In this document: positions 20,501 to 31,198 of the stretch, piece by piece | Layout of the letters: each line of letters starts with the position of its first letter | Position numbering within the stretch: the stretch's first letter is position 1 | Assembly: GCF_001447785.1 (NCBI RefSeq) | Contig: NW_015176486.1 | Span: 91,862-155,861, forward strand | Direction of reading: 5' to 3' | Length of the DNA stretch: 64,000 bases | Source of the DNA: Gekko japonicus | Lineage: Eukaryota | Position numbers and translations under genes: made by a program | The notes under the pieces: model-generated | What the model was told of the DNA's origin: nothing | What the model saw: only the letters and a program-made list of their open reading frames with translations | The model's database searches: none

Positions 20501-21269
20501 CCGGCAACACTACCCCTGGGCAAGATGGTGGCCCTCTGAGGCATGGTTGCCTTGGCAAGAGGGGCTTCTGTGGTGGAACTCCAGGGGGAGTGGCGGGGAG
20601 ACCTTGAGAGGCCAACAGGCCGAGGGAGGGAAGGTGGGAACTGCAAGGGCTGTGAAGGCATCTTTAAACCCTCACAGCCCGGGGATCAACAGGAGGTCCT
20701 CACCGAAGCAGCTGAGAGTGAGAGAGAACAAGAGTGGGAACACTGGGAGCATCCCAACATGAGGAGAAGGAATAGGGTGAGCATAAACCTTCTCTCCACT
20801 CCAGAGGCCTTGGGGATCTTGAGCACATCTCACCCCTCCAAGGCAGCAGGGCATTATCTAATGGGCTGCCTATGTAGTCTGCCCATGTGGCAGGGGCTCA
20901 AATCTTGGCAAATGCTGCCATGTTCTGGCCTTTCATTTCACACAGCCCTGTGTTGTGAGATGTCAAACCCCACATGCCATGCAGCAGTTCAGGATTCAGC
21001 AGGTGCCACTCAGTGCCAAGTGAGCCCTGCCCCCCCCCCAGTCCTGGCTGTAAGAGGCTGCATTGGTGAGCTCCCTAGATCATTAGATGCCAAAAAACCC
21101 CTCCCTACATAACAGTGACCCACCCACACTTAATACTGCAGTCAGCATACATTTGTATATTACAAAAATCAAATTATATTAAAAATGGTCTTGTATGTGT
21201 CATGCTTTAAAAAGTGTTGTTTACAAGCAACTCCCAAGGCATAGAGCGCAACCCTTTCAATTGCATTTG

Positions 21270-21430
21270 GGGACAAGTCACAGTTCAGTGGGAGAACCCA
21301 TGCTTTGTACGGAGAAGGTCTCAGATTCAGTTGACACAGGACCTTGGGTACTATGGCTCGAATCCCTGAAACCTTGGAGAGACACCACCAGTCAATGGAC
21401 TAACAGTCTAACTTGGTATAACGCAGCCGC
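21270..21430 (+). mobile_element. Degenerate tRNA-derived SINE
   Basis: Resembles the 55881-56070 element (gttcagtgggaga...aaggtctcagattca...accttggagagacaccaccagt...gtataacgcagc). Confidence 0.55.
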
Positions 21431-21464
21431 AAACATTTATCCATTTCCATTCCTACTGGCTAGT

Positions 21465-21646
21465 CAGGGCTCCTTTTGTAGCAGGAACTCCTTTGCATAT
21501 TAGGCGACACACCCCTAAGGTAGCCAATCCTCCAAGAGCTTACAGTAGCCCCTGTAAGAAGAGCTCTGTAAGCTCTTGGAGGATTGGCTACCTTAGGGGT
21601 GTGTCGCCTAATGTGCAGGGGAGTTCCTGCTACAAAAAGAGCCCTG
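21465..21646. mobile_element. Near-perfect palindromic hAT-like MITE
   Basis: ~81-bp inverted arms (21465-21545, 21566-21646), termini cagggct / agccctg; relatives at ~50720-50878, ~53153-53397, ~58512-58871. Confidence 0.85.
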
Positions 21647-21990
21647 CACAATATTTCAAAAGGAGGTGGGATTTTCTTGGCGGTGTCCTCCAAAGCGTGT
21701 TTGTGTGAGTGTGCACGACCACACACATACTTGTAATAAAACGTGTACGTAAACAAATAAGGACATGGCTTCTTCAGATGAAGGCGAGATGAAATGGAAT
21801 ATTTTATGAGGGCTACAAAGAGGGCAAAGGATGGGAGACATGGCTTTTTGAGAGGGGCAGGGAAGTAGGGACCCTGGTTTCCCAGCAACGCATGGCATTC
21901 TAGAATCCATGTAAATGTTTCATCTATGGCAGTTGGGGATGCTGAGAGCCAGGGACTGCTCCTGATTCCAGCTTTTTGCATCACCCTAAA

Positions 21991-24900
21991 ATGCACCACA
22001 TGTTGTACCCCCTGATCCTCTTCTGGTACTGGGGCTGCTTCCAGTATCCAGCAGCCGTGGCCCCTCATTTACTGCCACCACCACTGCTGGTCACCTGCTC
22101 AGACCAACAAACGCGTTTCTCTCGGCAGCAAAATTACACTCTTTGGACTTCATGTCTGTGGGATGGAGACACCAAGCTGTACTACTGGAGAGACGCTGGG
22201 TTTGTTTCAAGAATTAGGAGGGGAGAGACAGATTTGTCATCTTCTCCTCATTGTAGCTGGTACTGGGGGTCAGCCTGGGTGCACAGCATGATTCTCTGGC
22301 CACGTTCGTGGTTGCCGGGCTCCAGCCTAGAAAGAAGAGCCTTACATTTGCCTTGGGACTCCAGCCGCATCCCTGTACGGTGTGTATCGCTCTCCTGCAG
22401 ACTGCCCTCGTGCCTTCACCGCAGCCTGAGCATTGAAGTGTTTGGCCAGGATCTCCAGCTGCTCCTGCTTTGGACACCCACACGTCCTACCCAAGAACAA
22501 CAACCGGTCCAGCTGGGCTGGTGTGCCCAACTCAACAGTTCAAGACAGCCCTCCCGCTACAGCAGTCAAGGAGATGAACCTGTGGCTTTGCTCCTCCCCG
22601 CTGCCCGCCTGGATTCTCCACACTACCATAGTGGTGACTTGTACCGCATGTGCACCTCCTATTTCAGCTACCACCTGACTGTGCATTATACCCACCAAGG
22701 ACTACATGTCGCTTCCCTCCGCACTAAGCATAGGCCTCAAGCCAGCTTTAGCCCGGACTTTCCAGTGGAACCCATTCTGGTACACATTCTCAGTGCCAAT
22801 TCCAAATGGCTCCATATCACTCATAGCACCATCAGCCTGTCCTGGAGCCTCTTACTTGTAAGCCCCAGAACAATGGCCTATAGGCTCTTGGATGTTGAGA
22901 GCGGGGGGTTCTGGTTTACCTCCTACAATCCATACGCTCTGCAGAACAATTACTCTGTTGGCCGTATTCCAGAGCATTCCAGGAAGAAGGTAGTGGCTGG
23001 CATATACTTTTGCACTGGAGAAGGGGGTACTGGCGAGCTGAGAGGGGAACTCAGGTACTCTGGTGCCACCTTAAGTCTAACATCTAAGAGTGAGCCACCA
23101 TCTCACTTCACTCTCAACATACGCAAAATCAAGACGGGCAGTTACCTTTTTAGCCCTGCCCAGGACCTGTACTATGCCACCCAAGAAGGAAGTGCTCCTG
23201 GTGACCTGTCCAGCATACACTACTTTTTCTACCAGCAACAAAGCATCTCCTACCTATTTACCATTGAGTTTCTCCAACTGCAATGGTACAAGTTCAACGT
23301 ACATCTGTACCTTAACCGAAAGGGAGTCCTTTCACAGAAGTCTTTCCCCGAGAAAAATATAGAAGTTCATGTTTTCAACAGCGGTCCTTCTTTTTTACAA
23401 AGTGTGATCTATATTGTGTGGTTCGTTCCCATCCAGCATCCGCTGCTGCAGAATGAGTGGACCTTCAAGTTGCAGTTGTTTGATTCAAGAGATGAGTTTC
23501 TCATACAGAACAACACTTACACATACAGGGATCGTGTAGAAAATGCTACCCATTTTATTCCTCACTCTGTTTTACCTTTCAATCCTGTCTTGTACACAGG
23601 CTTTGTAGCCCAAGTGAACTGTACCAGAAGCCGATTGATATGGGCTGTTTTGAAAGCTACGATCAACACTTATGCTTCAAAGGAAAGCAACTCCCTGGTT
23701 GCTTGCCTTCAAAAAAATTGTTTTATCAAGAAAGTGAATATATGGAAACCTGATATTTCTAACCGTGTCTTAAAGTACAGTAAAGGGACCTCATTTACTC
23801 TGTCTGCTGACATACAGATGAACTGTCCAAGTCCTAAACAAAGACACAACATCTGGAAAATCTACAAGGTCTCAGACATGAAGACTACTCCTGATTGGTC
23901 AAAACCTTTTTATCCACCTGGCTTTGGAAGGCTAGATCTCGTCATGTTAGAAGTTCCTGGTTCTACTTTAGATGATGGCTTGTATCTCTTTAATTTTACA
24001 GTGAAATTAATCACAGTGGATACTTTGGAGAGTGTAGAAGGCTCTGATTCTGTGTTTGTCCAGATTGGGTCTGGTAGTCTTGTGGCCGTCATTACTGGAG
24101 GCAATTTCCGGACAGTTGGATTTTCGGATCAATGGACCCTAGATGGATCCTCTTCCTATGATGGTGATCCTGCCTTTCCTTCTGAAAGACTCACGTTTAC
24201 TTGGTACTGCACCAAGCAAAAATCAGACTATGTATCTATGACGCTAAGTCTGAAGGGAAAATGTCGCCCAGATCAGGAGGGCTTGAAATGGACAACATCC
24301 TTGGATGCAGTTCAAACAGTGCCGCCTGAAGCACTTCAAGAAAATTCTGTTTATTATTTTTGCCTTGTGGTTCAAAAGGGTGACAGGATAGCTCGGGAAG
24401 AACAAACGGTCCGTGTACAGCCAAGCTCTGTGCCAGCTCTGAACATCACATGCATTGAAAATTGTGGCAGGTCCGTCACTCCCACTGAAAGATTTTGTCT
24501 CTCTGGCAAGTGCACAAACTGTAAGAAACTGAGCAAACCACTCTATCACTGGTCACTTCTCATGGCAAATTTCACTGAGGTAAATTTTGATTGGGATGCC
24601 AAGTCTACAACCGGAAGGTCCAGTCCTTACATATGTATAAAATCACTGAGTTTTGTAAATATGACAGAAGAGACATACATTCTTACTCTAAAAGCAAGCA
24701 TCTGGAGATACCAGACATCCGTTTATAGCTATTTATTTTTTGTAAATTCTCCACCTCAGATTGGAAAGTGCTTGCTTAAGCCTACCACAGGGATTGCATT
24801 TCTAACAAAATTTGTTGTTCGTTGTAGTGGGTTTAAAGATAAACATTTGCCTCTTACATATAAAATCAGAGCAGCATCACACACCCTAACAATTACCAGA

Positions 24901-27900
24901 AAGTCTTCTACAGAAAACAGCAACCTGGGGACAATTGTGTATTCTGGTTATCAGCCTAAAATTCCACCATCTTTGTTACCCATTGGCATCCCCTCTAAGC
25001 AATATGCCTTGCCAATCTATATTGAGGTATATGATGCCCTTGGAGCATTTTCCCAATTAACCTTACAGGCAAAGGTACACGGTCCATTCAAGGGTAAGCA
25101 AACAGAGGTTACTCTAAATGAATTACATAATTTTTCCAGTGGACCAAAGGCTCCAATAACACATTTTCTTGAAAGTGGGGATTACTTTAATGCGGGATAT
25201 TTCATCTACATGGTGGCTTCTGCTTTAAATAACATTGAAGCGCTGAAAAGATTTCACTCCTCTAAGACTAAACTACGGGAAATCCTTCTGAACAGGTTTG
25301 CAGGAATCCCTGCAAAAGGTGTAATGGAACTAAACCAAATGGTCTCAGGAATTTCTCAAATAACTCAGGAAGTCACGGAAGTAAATAGGAAATCACAACT
25401 CCTTGCAGTCAGAAAGCTCAAAGAACTGAGTGAAGAATTGAAAAGGTACAGAGATAAAAACATAGGCTCTAAGGAGACAGAAGTTCTCAGCACCGGTATT
25501 TTTGAAGGGCTGTCTAATATCCTGAAAGCCTCTCTGTTAGACATCAGAAATGTCCATAGAAATGGAGTGGAAGAAACTCTCTCTGCCGCTGAAATTTTAG
25601 CAGAACTCGTCTTACAAGGTAAAGTTCCTGGAGAAAATGAAACTCTTATAGAAACCAGTGATTGGACCATCACCATTAGGAAAGATGAAAAATGGGATGT
25701 TTCTGGTACTTTCTCTAACAGAGAAGTCTGTAAGAATTGCTTTTATTCTAAAATCAAGCCAGAGAGTCATGATGAGTTGCCATCAGATGCTGCAATCTCC
25801 ACTGTTCTTTTTGAGTTTCGTAGAAACCCCTTCTCCTGGTTGTCCCTTTCAGAAGATATGAGCACAATGGTGACTGGATTCAAAATGACAGGAACCAGAT
25901 CTAATGGTGACACAGTGGGGATCATACCTGAAGTAGCTGAAATGATCATGCCTAGAAAAGACAAGGGCCCCGCCATCTTTGAGCTGAAGATTGGACACGG
26001 CAGAGGATGCCACAAAACGACTGGAGGCTTTAGTTTTGAAGTACCTAGGAACTCCAAAGACGTTTTCATCCAGATTGTGACCGAACTGAAGTTTACTTTC
26101 CAAATGTTTGTTTATCTAGACCTCAATACCAGCCATCCTCCTGTTGCATCTTTCAGTGTTTCCCATAACAAGAACACAGTAACGAGAGGAACAAAGTCTA
26201 AGGGCCATGACTGTGCAGCTCAAGCCCCTTATATATTTTGTCTCTCCCGCTCTTTGCTCAGATCCATTTTCCAAGGTAACAGTGCAGAAAAATGGAACGT
26301 CTCTATTGTTTTACAATCAGATCCATTCAAGTGGGACCCAAGCGTTCAGGCCATTGGTATCCGGCTTTTTACTGCCGACTGCTTATCCCTAGATGGAATC
26401 CAGGGTCAATGGAAAAAAGATGTCTGCAGCCTTGGCTCTCAGACGAGCTGGGAGAAGTTACATTGCATCTGCACAGCCAAAAAAAGGACTCCAAGGACAG
26501 CAAGTCCTCAACCAGGAAGAACGTCCAAAAACAACATAAGGTTTTTGGCTGGCAAAATCAATGTGTACCCTGATCCGGTAGATATGAAGGAAGTCTTGTT
26601 GGTACAAACCAACAACAATCCAGTAACGACGGTGACAGTACTTTTCATTTTTGTCATATACATTTGCTTGGCTTTTTGGACAACAAGGAAAGACAGGGCT
26701 GATATGGAAAGCAGGGATCGTGTCATAGTCTTATCAGACAATGATCCCTACGACCAAGTATGCTACTTCGTCACAGTACATACGGGGAGTCGCTTCGGAG
26801 CAGGAACCACAGCCGACGTTTTCATTCAGCTGATAGGCCACCGGGGTGCTAGTGATATACATTGCTTAAGACACCCTGAATACCCAACTCTTGCGCGTGG
26901 AGCCGTCAACACTTTTCTCCTGAGTAGTAAGAATGACCTTGGAGACATTTATTCCTTTCGCACTTGGCACAATAATAGAGGTTCATCTCCTAACTGGTTC
27001 TTGAGCAGAATCAAAGTGCAAAATGTGCTTACCAAACAATCTTGGATGTTCATGTGCCAAAAATGGTTTGCGCTCAATAAGGATGATGGTCTAATAGAGA
27101 GGTCCTTTGTCGTTACTCATCCAACCACACCTTTAAGCAAAGTGGATTTCTTCTTGATAAATCTCACCTATGAGTTGGGAGAGACCCACTTATGGCTTTC
27201 TGTTTTTGCTCACAGCAACATCGGTTCTTTTAACAGGCTTCATAGATTGTCTTCTTGCTTAGCAATACTGTTGTGCATCCTGTTCTTTAACATTATGTTC
27301 TTCGACGCTGACAAGGACGAACTAGTGGTTTCTGAACAGCCATGGTATCTGAGGTCTCTACTGACGGGAATTCAAAGTGCCTTCATTTCCTTCCCTTTGC
27401 AGATGTTTATAACTGCTTTGTTCAAGTACACCCAGCGGGAGCCTTTGCCACAGGAGCCATCTAATACTCAGCCTAAAAAATATTCTGCTCCCATGTCTAG
27501 AAATCTTAGGAACTGGAAAGAGGGTTTGCAGAAATGGTGCGTTGCAGAAATGGCTCCAAAATGTCTAGGCTATCATTTCCAAAAGGACCCTTCCAGTGCT
27601 CCAGATTCACGCAGTCTGGAACAGCGGAGCAGAAAAAGATGGGGGCAGGTGGCAAAAAAAACGAGTAACTGTACCATTTCTGAAGGGGATGCAAACAGAA
27701 TTGCAACGGAAGAGGACGTGGTTCGTGAGGCCAATGCCACCAACAATTTGAATAGTAGAAATGAGAAGAAAGGTCCGTATCCTCAGACAAAACCGCTAAA
27801 TAGTCTCATCATGATCCTTCATAAAAGCCCACAAATAATAATTTCCTGGTGGTATATGTATGTTTTGTGGGTGTTGGTCTTGGCCACTTTGACAGTATCA

Positions 27901-29898
27901 TCATTTTTTATCATATTTTATGGTCTGTCCTATGACTATGAAACGTCCTTTGAGTGGCTTGTGGCATCTAGCATCTCATTTTGTGCGAGTGTGTTTTTGC
28001 TTCAGACCTTGAATGTTGGTTTTTTCCCAACCCTGAGGACTGTCTATCCAAAATTCTGTGAAGACATCCCATGGTCCAGCAGAGAGACCTACTTAGAGAT
28101 TAAACTAGACAATATCACGATGGATGCTGATGAGATGCGAGAGTTACATTACAACCTAGTCAGACTTCGAGGAACCAAGCAATACCATCCCTTGGAAGAG
28201 GAGGAAATCACTCTTTTTAAGAAAAAGCAGAAGATTCAAAGGCAAGCTTTTGTTTTCATAAAGGATGTCATATGTCACTTCATCTTTCTAATTCTTATTT
28301 TAAACATTGCCTGCTCGATAGAAAACAGCACTAGTTTTTACTACAATCAAGATATTCATACCAAATTCTCTCGGGGGCTCGATGATATAAGCAAGTTAGA
28401 GCACGTTTACACTTGGCTGAAGAATGTCTTTCTACACTTGATCCACAACATAGACCACCCAACTTATCTTTCAAAGTCCTGGTCCAAAATCCTGGGGTTG
28501 CCCAGGATGCGACAAATAAGAGCAAAAAACACGTCAAAGGAATGCTTTCACTCACGCAGTTTGGTAAATAGATTTCTGATTAGAAACAGCCATTGCCTTC
28601 ACAAGTATGGACAAGACCCAGAAGATCGACAAGATCACCTTGGGCTGTGGACAGATTTTGCCAATAGATCAGATTCCAACCTTTTTAGCAATTTTTCAGG
28701 CTACACTTACTATTCAGTCACTGATCAATGGAGATATGCTTCATATGGAGAAATGAATACTTATGGAGCAGGAGGGTATACTTTTCATTTCTATCCAGAA
28801 GAACGACAGACCAATTCTACAAAAAGAATTGCTTTTTTAGAACAGAGAAGGTGGCTGGATGAAAATACCTGGGCATTAATAGTTGAGCTGACAACTTTTA
28901 ATTCAGATGCAGATTTATTTTGCAGTATCTCAGTTGTTTTTGAGATGTCTGGCTTAGGCCCTGTTAACACAAGCTTGTCAATCCATTCATACAGACTCCC
29001 AGTTTTCCAGAAGCTAAGCAACACACAAAAGTTGGTGTACATTATTGTTGCTTATATGCTGGTCTTTTATATCATTGATGAAGTTTGCATGGTGGAGCAA
29101 CAGAGACTAAAATACGTCAGAAATATTTCTAACTTAATTAACTTCGGGATAAAGACAGTCTGTCTGTTTTTCCTTTTGTACCTTTCCTTCAAATTTAAGC
29201 TGGCTTCTAGCTTAATAGAGCTTTACTTACATCATCCAAATGAATTCATTCCATTCCATAAAGTTTCCCACGTCGATCAAACAATAAGGGTTACCCTGGG
29301 TTTTTTGATCTTTCTTATCATTTTGAAAACTCTGCGATATTCTCGATTCTTTTACGATGTGCGCCTGGCTCAGCGCTCCATGTTAGCCGCCCTCCCTGGA
29401 ATCTGCTCCATGGCGCTGGTGGTGGCCGTGTACTTTTTTGTCTACATGGCCTTTGGCTACCTGGTATTTGGCCAATATGAATGGAACTACCATACTATGA
29501 TTCATTCTGCTCAGACGGTATTCGCGTACTGTGTTTCAGCTTTTAAAGACACGGCCTTTTCATCCAATAGGGTGCTCGGAAGTCTCTTCCTGTCTTCGTT
29601 TATGATGGTCATGATCTGCGTGCTGATCAATTTATTTCAAGCGGTGATCATGTCCTCCTATGAGGACATGAAGCAACCGGTCTACGAAGAGCCTTCCGAT
29701 GAAGCGGAAGTGGTCAAATTTCTGTGTCACAAGATCCGCAGGATGTGGTTTATTGTGACCTGCAGGACACCACCTGAAAGCGATGCAGAACTTTTCATCC
29801 GAGTCCTCTATGGTCATTCTGAAAGGAGAAACTCACGTCACCTGGGACTCAAAGCCAGGAAAATAAATGGCCGGAAAATGGTTTACCTTGTTGTTTGA
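21991..29898 (+). CDS. PKDREJ: Polycystin family receptor for egg jelly (copy B, canonical-looking orthologue), intronless, ~2635 aa
   Basis: Same architecture as copy A; channel region LKTLRYSRFFYDVRLAQR...GYLVFGQYEWNY...CVLINLFQAVI...MKQPVYEEPSDE and terminus INGRKMVYLVV match mammalian PKDREJ as recalled; lies adjacent to CDPF1 as in mammals. Confidence 0.97.
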   Translation: MHHMLYPLILFWYWGCFQYPAAVAPHLLPPPLLVTCSDQQTRFSRQQNYTLWTSCLWDGDTKLYYWRDAGFVSRIRRGETDLSSSPHCSWYWGSAWVHSMILWPRSWLPGSSLERRALHLPWDSSRIPVRCVSLSCRLPSCLHRSLSIEVFGQDLQLLLLWTPTRPTQEQQPVQLGWCAQLNSSRQPSRYSSQGDEPVALLLPAARLDSPHYHSGDLYRMCTSYFSYHLTVHYTHQGLHVASLRTKHRPQASFSPDFPVEPILVHILSANSKWLHITHSTISLSWSLLLVSPRTMAYRLLDVESGGFWFTSYNPYALQNNYSVGRIPEHSRKKVVAGIYFCTGEGGTGELRGELRYSGATLSLTSKSEPPSHFTLNIRKIKTGSYLFSPAQDLYYATQEGSAPGDLSSIHYFFYQQQSISYLFTIEFLQLQWYKFNVHLYLNRKGVLSQKSFPEKNIEVHVFNSGPSFLQSVIYIVWFVPIQHPLLQNEWTFKLQLFDSRDEFLIQNNTYTYRDRVENATHFIPHSVLPFNPVLYTGFVAQVNCTRSRLIWAVLKATINTYASKESNSLVACLQKNCFIKKVNIWKPDISNRVLKYSKGTSFTLSADIQMNCPSPKQRHNIWKIYKVSDMKTTPDWSKPFYPPGFGRLDLVMLEVPGSTLDDGLYLFNFTVKLITVDTLESVEGSDSVFVQIGSGSLVAVITGGNFRTVGFSDQWTLDGSSSYDGDPAFPSERLTFTWYCTKQKSDYVSMTLSLKGKCRPDQEGLKWTTSLDAVQTVPPEALQENSVYYFCLVVQKGDRIAREEQTVRVQPSSVPALNITCIENCGRSVTPTERFCLSGKCTNCKKLSKPLYHWSLLMANFTEVNFDWDAKSTTGRSSPYICIKSLSFVNMTEETYILTLKASIWRYQTSVYSYLFFVNSPPQIGKCLLKPTTGIAFLTKFVVRCSGFKDKHLPLTYKIRAASHTLTITRKSSTENSNLGTIVYSGYQPKIPPSLLPIGIPSKQYALPIYIEVYDALGAFSQLTLQAKVHGPFKGKQTEVTLNELHNFSSGPKAPITHFLESGDYFNAGYFIYMVASALNNIEALKRFHSSKTKLREILLNRFAGIPAKGVMELNQMVSGISQITQEVTEVNRKSQLLAVRKLKELSEELKRYRDKNIGSKETEVLSTGIFEGLSNILKASLLDIRNVHRNGVEETLSAAEILAELVLQGKVPGENETLIETSDWTITIRKDEKWDVSGTFSNREVCKNCFYSKIKPESHDELPSDAAISTVLFEFRRNPFSWLSLSEDMSTMVTGFKMTGTRSNGDTVGIIPEVAEMIMPRKDKGPAIFELKIGHGRGCHKTTGGFSFEVPRNSKDVFIQIVTELKFTFQMFVYLDLNTSHPPVASFSVSHNKNTVTRGTKSKGHDCAAQAPYIFCLSRSLLRSIFQGNSAEKWNVSIVLQSDPFKWDPSVQAIGIRLFTADCLSLDGIQGQWKKDVCSLGSQTSWEKLHCICTAKKRTPRTASPQPGRTSKNNIRFLAGKINVYPDPVDMKEVLLVQTNNNPVTTVTVLFIFVIYICLAFWTTRKDRADMESRDRVIVLSDNDPYDQVCYFVTVHTGSRFGAGTTADVFIQLIGHRGASDIHCLRHPEYPTLARGAVNTFLLSSKNDLGDIYSFRTWHNNRGSSPNWFLSRIKVQNVLTKQSWMFMCQKWFALNKDDGLIERSFVVTHPTTPLSKVDFFLINLTYELGETHLWLSVFAHSNIGSFNRLHRLSSCLAILLCILFFNIMFFDADKDELVVSEQPWYLRSLLTGIQSAFISFPLQMFITALFKYTQREPLPQEPSNTQPKKYSAPMSRNLRNWKEGLQKWCVAEMAPKCLGYHFQKDPSSAPDSRSLEQRSRKRWGQVAKKTSNCTISEGDANRIATEEDVVREANATNNLNSRNEKKGPYPQTKPLNSLIMILHKSPQIIISWWYMYVLWVLVLATLTVSSFFIIFYGLSYDYETSFEWLVASSISFCASVFLLQTLNVGFFPTLRTVYPKFCEDIPWSSRETYLEIKLDNITMDADEMRELHYNLVRLRGTKQYHPLEEEEITLFKKKQKIQRQAFVFIKDVICHFIFLILILNIACSIENSTSFYYNQDIHTKFSRGLDDISKLEHVYTWLKNVFLHLIHNIDHPTYLSKSWSKILGLPRMRQIRAKNTSKECFHSRSLVNRFLIRNSHCLHKYGQDPEDRQDHLGLWTDFANRSDSNLFSNFSGYTYYSVTDQWRYASYGEMNTYGAGGYTFHFYPEERQTNSTKRIAFLEQRRWLDENTWALIVELTTFNSDADLFCSISVVFEMSGLGPVNTSLSIHSYRLPVFQKLSNTQKLVYIIVAYMLVFYIIDEVCMVEQQRLKYVRNISNLINFGIKTVCLFFLLYLSFKFKLASSLIELYLHHPNEFIPFHKVSHVDQTIRVTLGFLIFLIILKTLRYSRFFYDVRLAQRSMLAALPGICSMALVVAVYFFVYMAFGYLVFGQYEWNYHTMIHSAQTVFAYCVSAFKDTAFSSNRVLGSLFLSSFMMVMICVLINLFQAVIMSSYEDMKQPVYEEPSDEAEVVKFLCHKIRRMWFIVTCRTPPESDAELFIRVLYGHSERRNSRHLGLKARKINGRKMVYLVV

Positions 29899-31198
29899 TT
29901 CTTTGCTAGCCTTACATGCAATCGCCAGAACTGGAAGACAAAGAAAAATGGGAACCACAAAGAACAAAGGGATTGCCTTAATTAGGGATTAAATCTCAAA
30001 TCTCAATTCTAATGAAGCCGTTTTTCATTACTTACATGAGTTGGTTAATTAGTACCATGTAATCAAGGGATAATTACACTGAGTTCACAGCAAGCATTCC
30101 TATAGACAACCTGGATGAAGAATCATAATCAACTCCAGCTTCTTTCATCTTTCTTAAAGTGTGGACTACAATGAAAATCAAGCAAACAAGGGTATTATAA
30201 ATGTGCAGCAAACAACTGGGGAACAAGCCCGTTGTGCATGTCTCTTTTCTTGCAAAGGGATTTTGGTTACCTGAACACACAACACGCTTCTTATCCAACC
30301 CTGTCTTAAGATACAGCGATAGTTATTCAATGGTGTATGTGTGTGATTTGTTTTATTGTCAGATGGACAAGGAAGAAACCTAACAGGAAGTAAAAATACA
30401 CTGCAAATTTTATGAGGTTGTTTTGCGGTTTTGTCATTAACGACACCCTGTATCTAATGCCGAACCTGACCTCCATGCAAATTGATAGTCAGGGGTCAAG
30501 TTGAGAGAGGAGGTGTTCTGCAGACATGGGAGATCCCTCAAGTTTACAGAAAAAAACTGACCCCCCCCTTAAATCAAGTGGGGGGCTACATCTCCCCAAA
30601 ACAGAACTATGTTGACTGAGCAAATGTAAGCCGGAGGAGCCAGCCAAACTGCTGCTGGGCAGGTGGGCAAGGGGTGCCAGCTCCACCACTGCTGCCCCTC
30701 CTCAAAGTCTGTGAGCAAAGGAGAAGGAACAGGAGCCAGCTCACTTGCTGTCCCCTCTGTTGCAGAGGTGGGTAGGGGAGGTGAAGTGGAAGCCCTGCTC
30801 ACCCCACTGACACCTGCCCCACTCTGCCTCCTCCTCTCCTCTGCAGGCAGGTGGGCCTAGAATAGGAATTTCCCAACCTGGATCCCCCCACCCAAGACTT
30901 TAACCCCTTTCTCCCCGGGTGTGCGCTGCTAAAAAGACATAGCTCATCACATGTCCTGTCTGCTGGGGAGGATTTGTGCCTTCCCTGCAGTGTGCAATTG
31001 AGCTCTGGGGGGGGGGGTAACCTCTCCCTGGTTACCACTGAGGAAATTTTTTGAAGTGCACCCCATCATAGATCAGATAAGATTCAGGAAAATGAATTTC
31101 TATCAGCGTCAGTGGAAATATGGGATAGATGTAGAAAGATTCCGGCTCCAGATGTTTCCCAACTATCCCNNNNNNNNNNNNNNNNNNNNNNNNNNNNN

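Noticed and set aside
21976-21990. ORF-track start of copy B
   Set aside because: It is a TTG; the first ATG is at 21991
11914-29898. PKDREJ duplication as a haplotype or assembly artefact
   Set aside because: The copies are far too divergent to be alleles and have unrelated flanks
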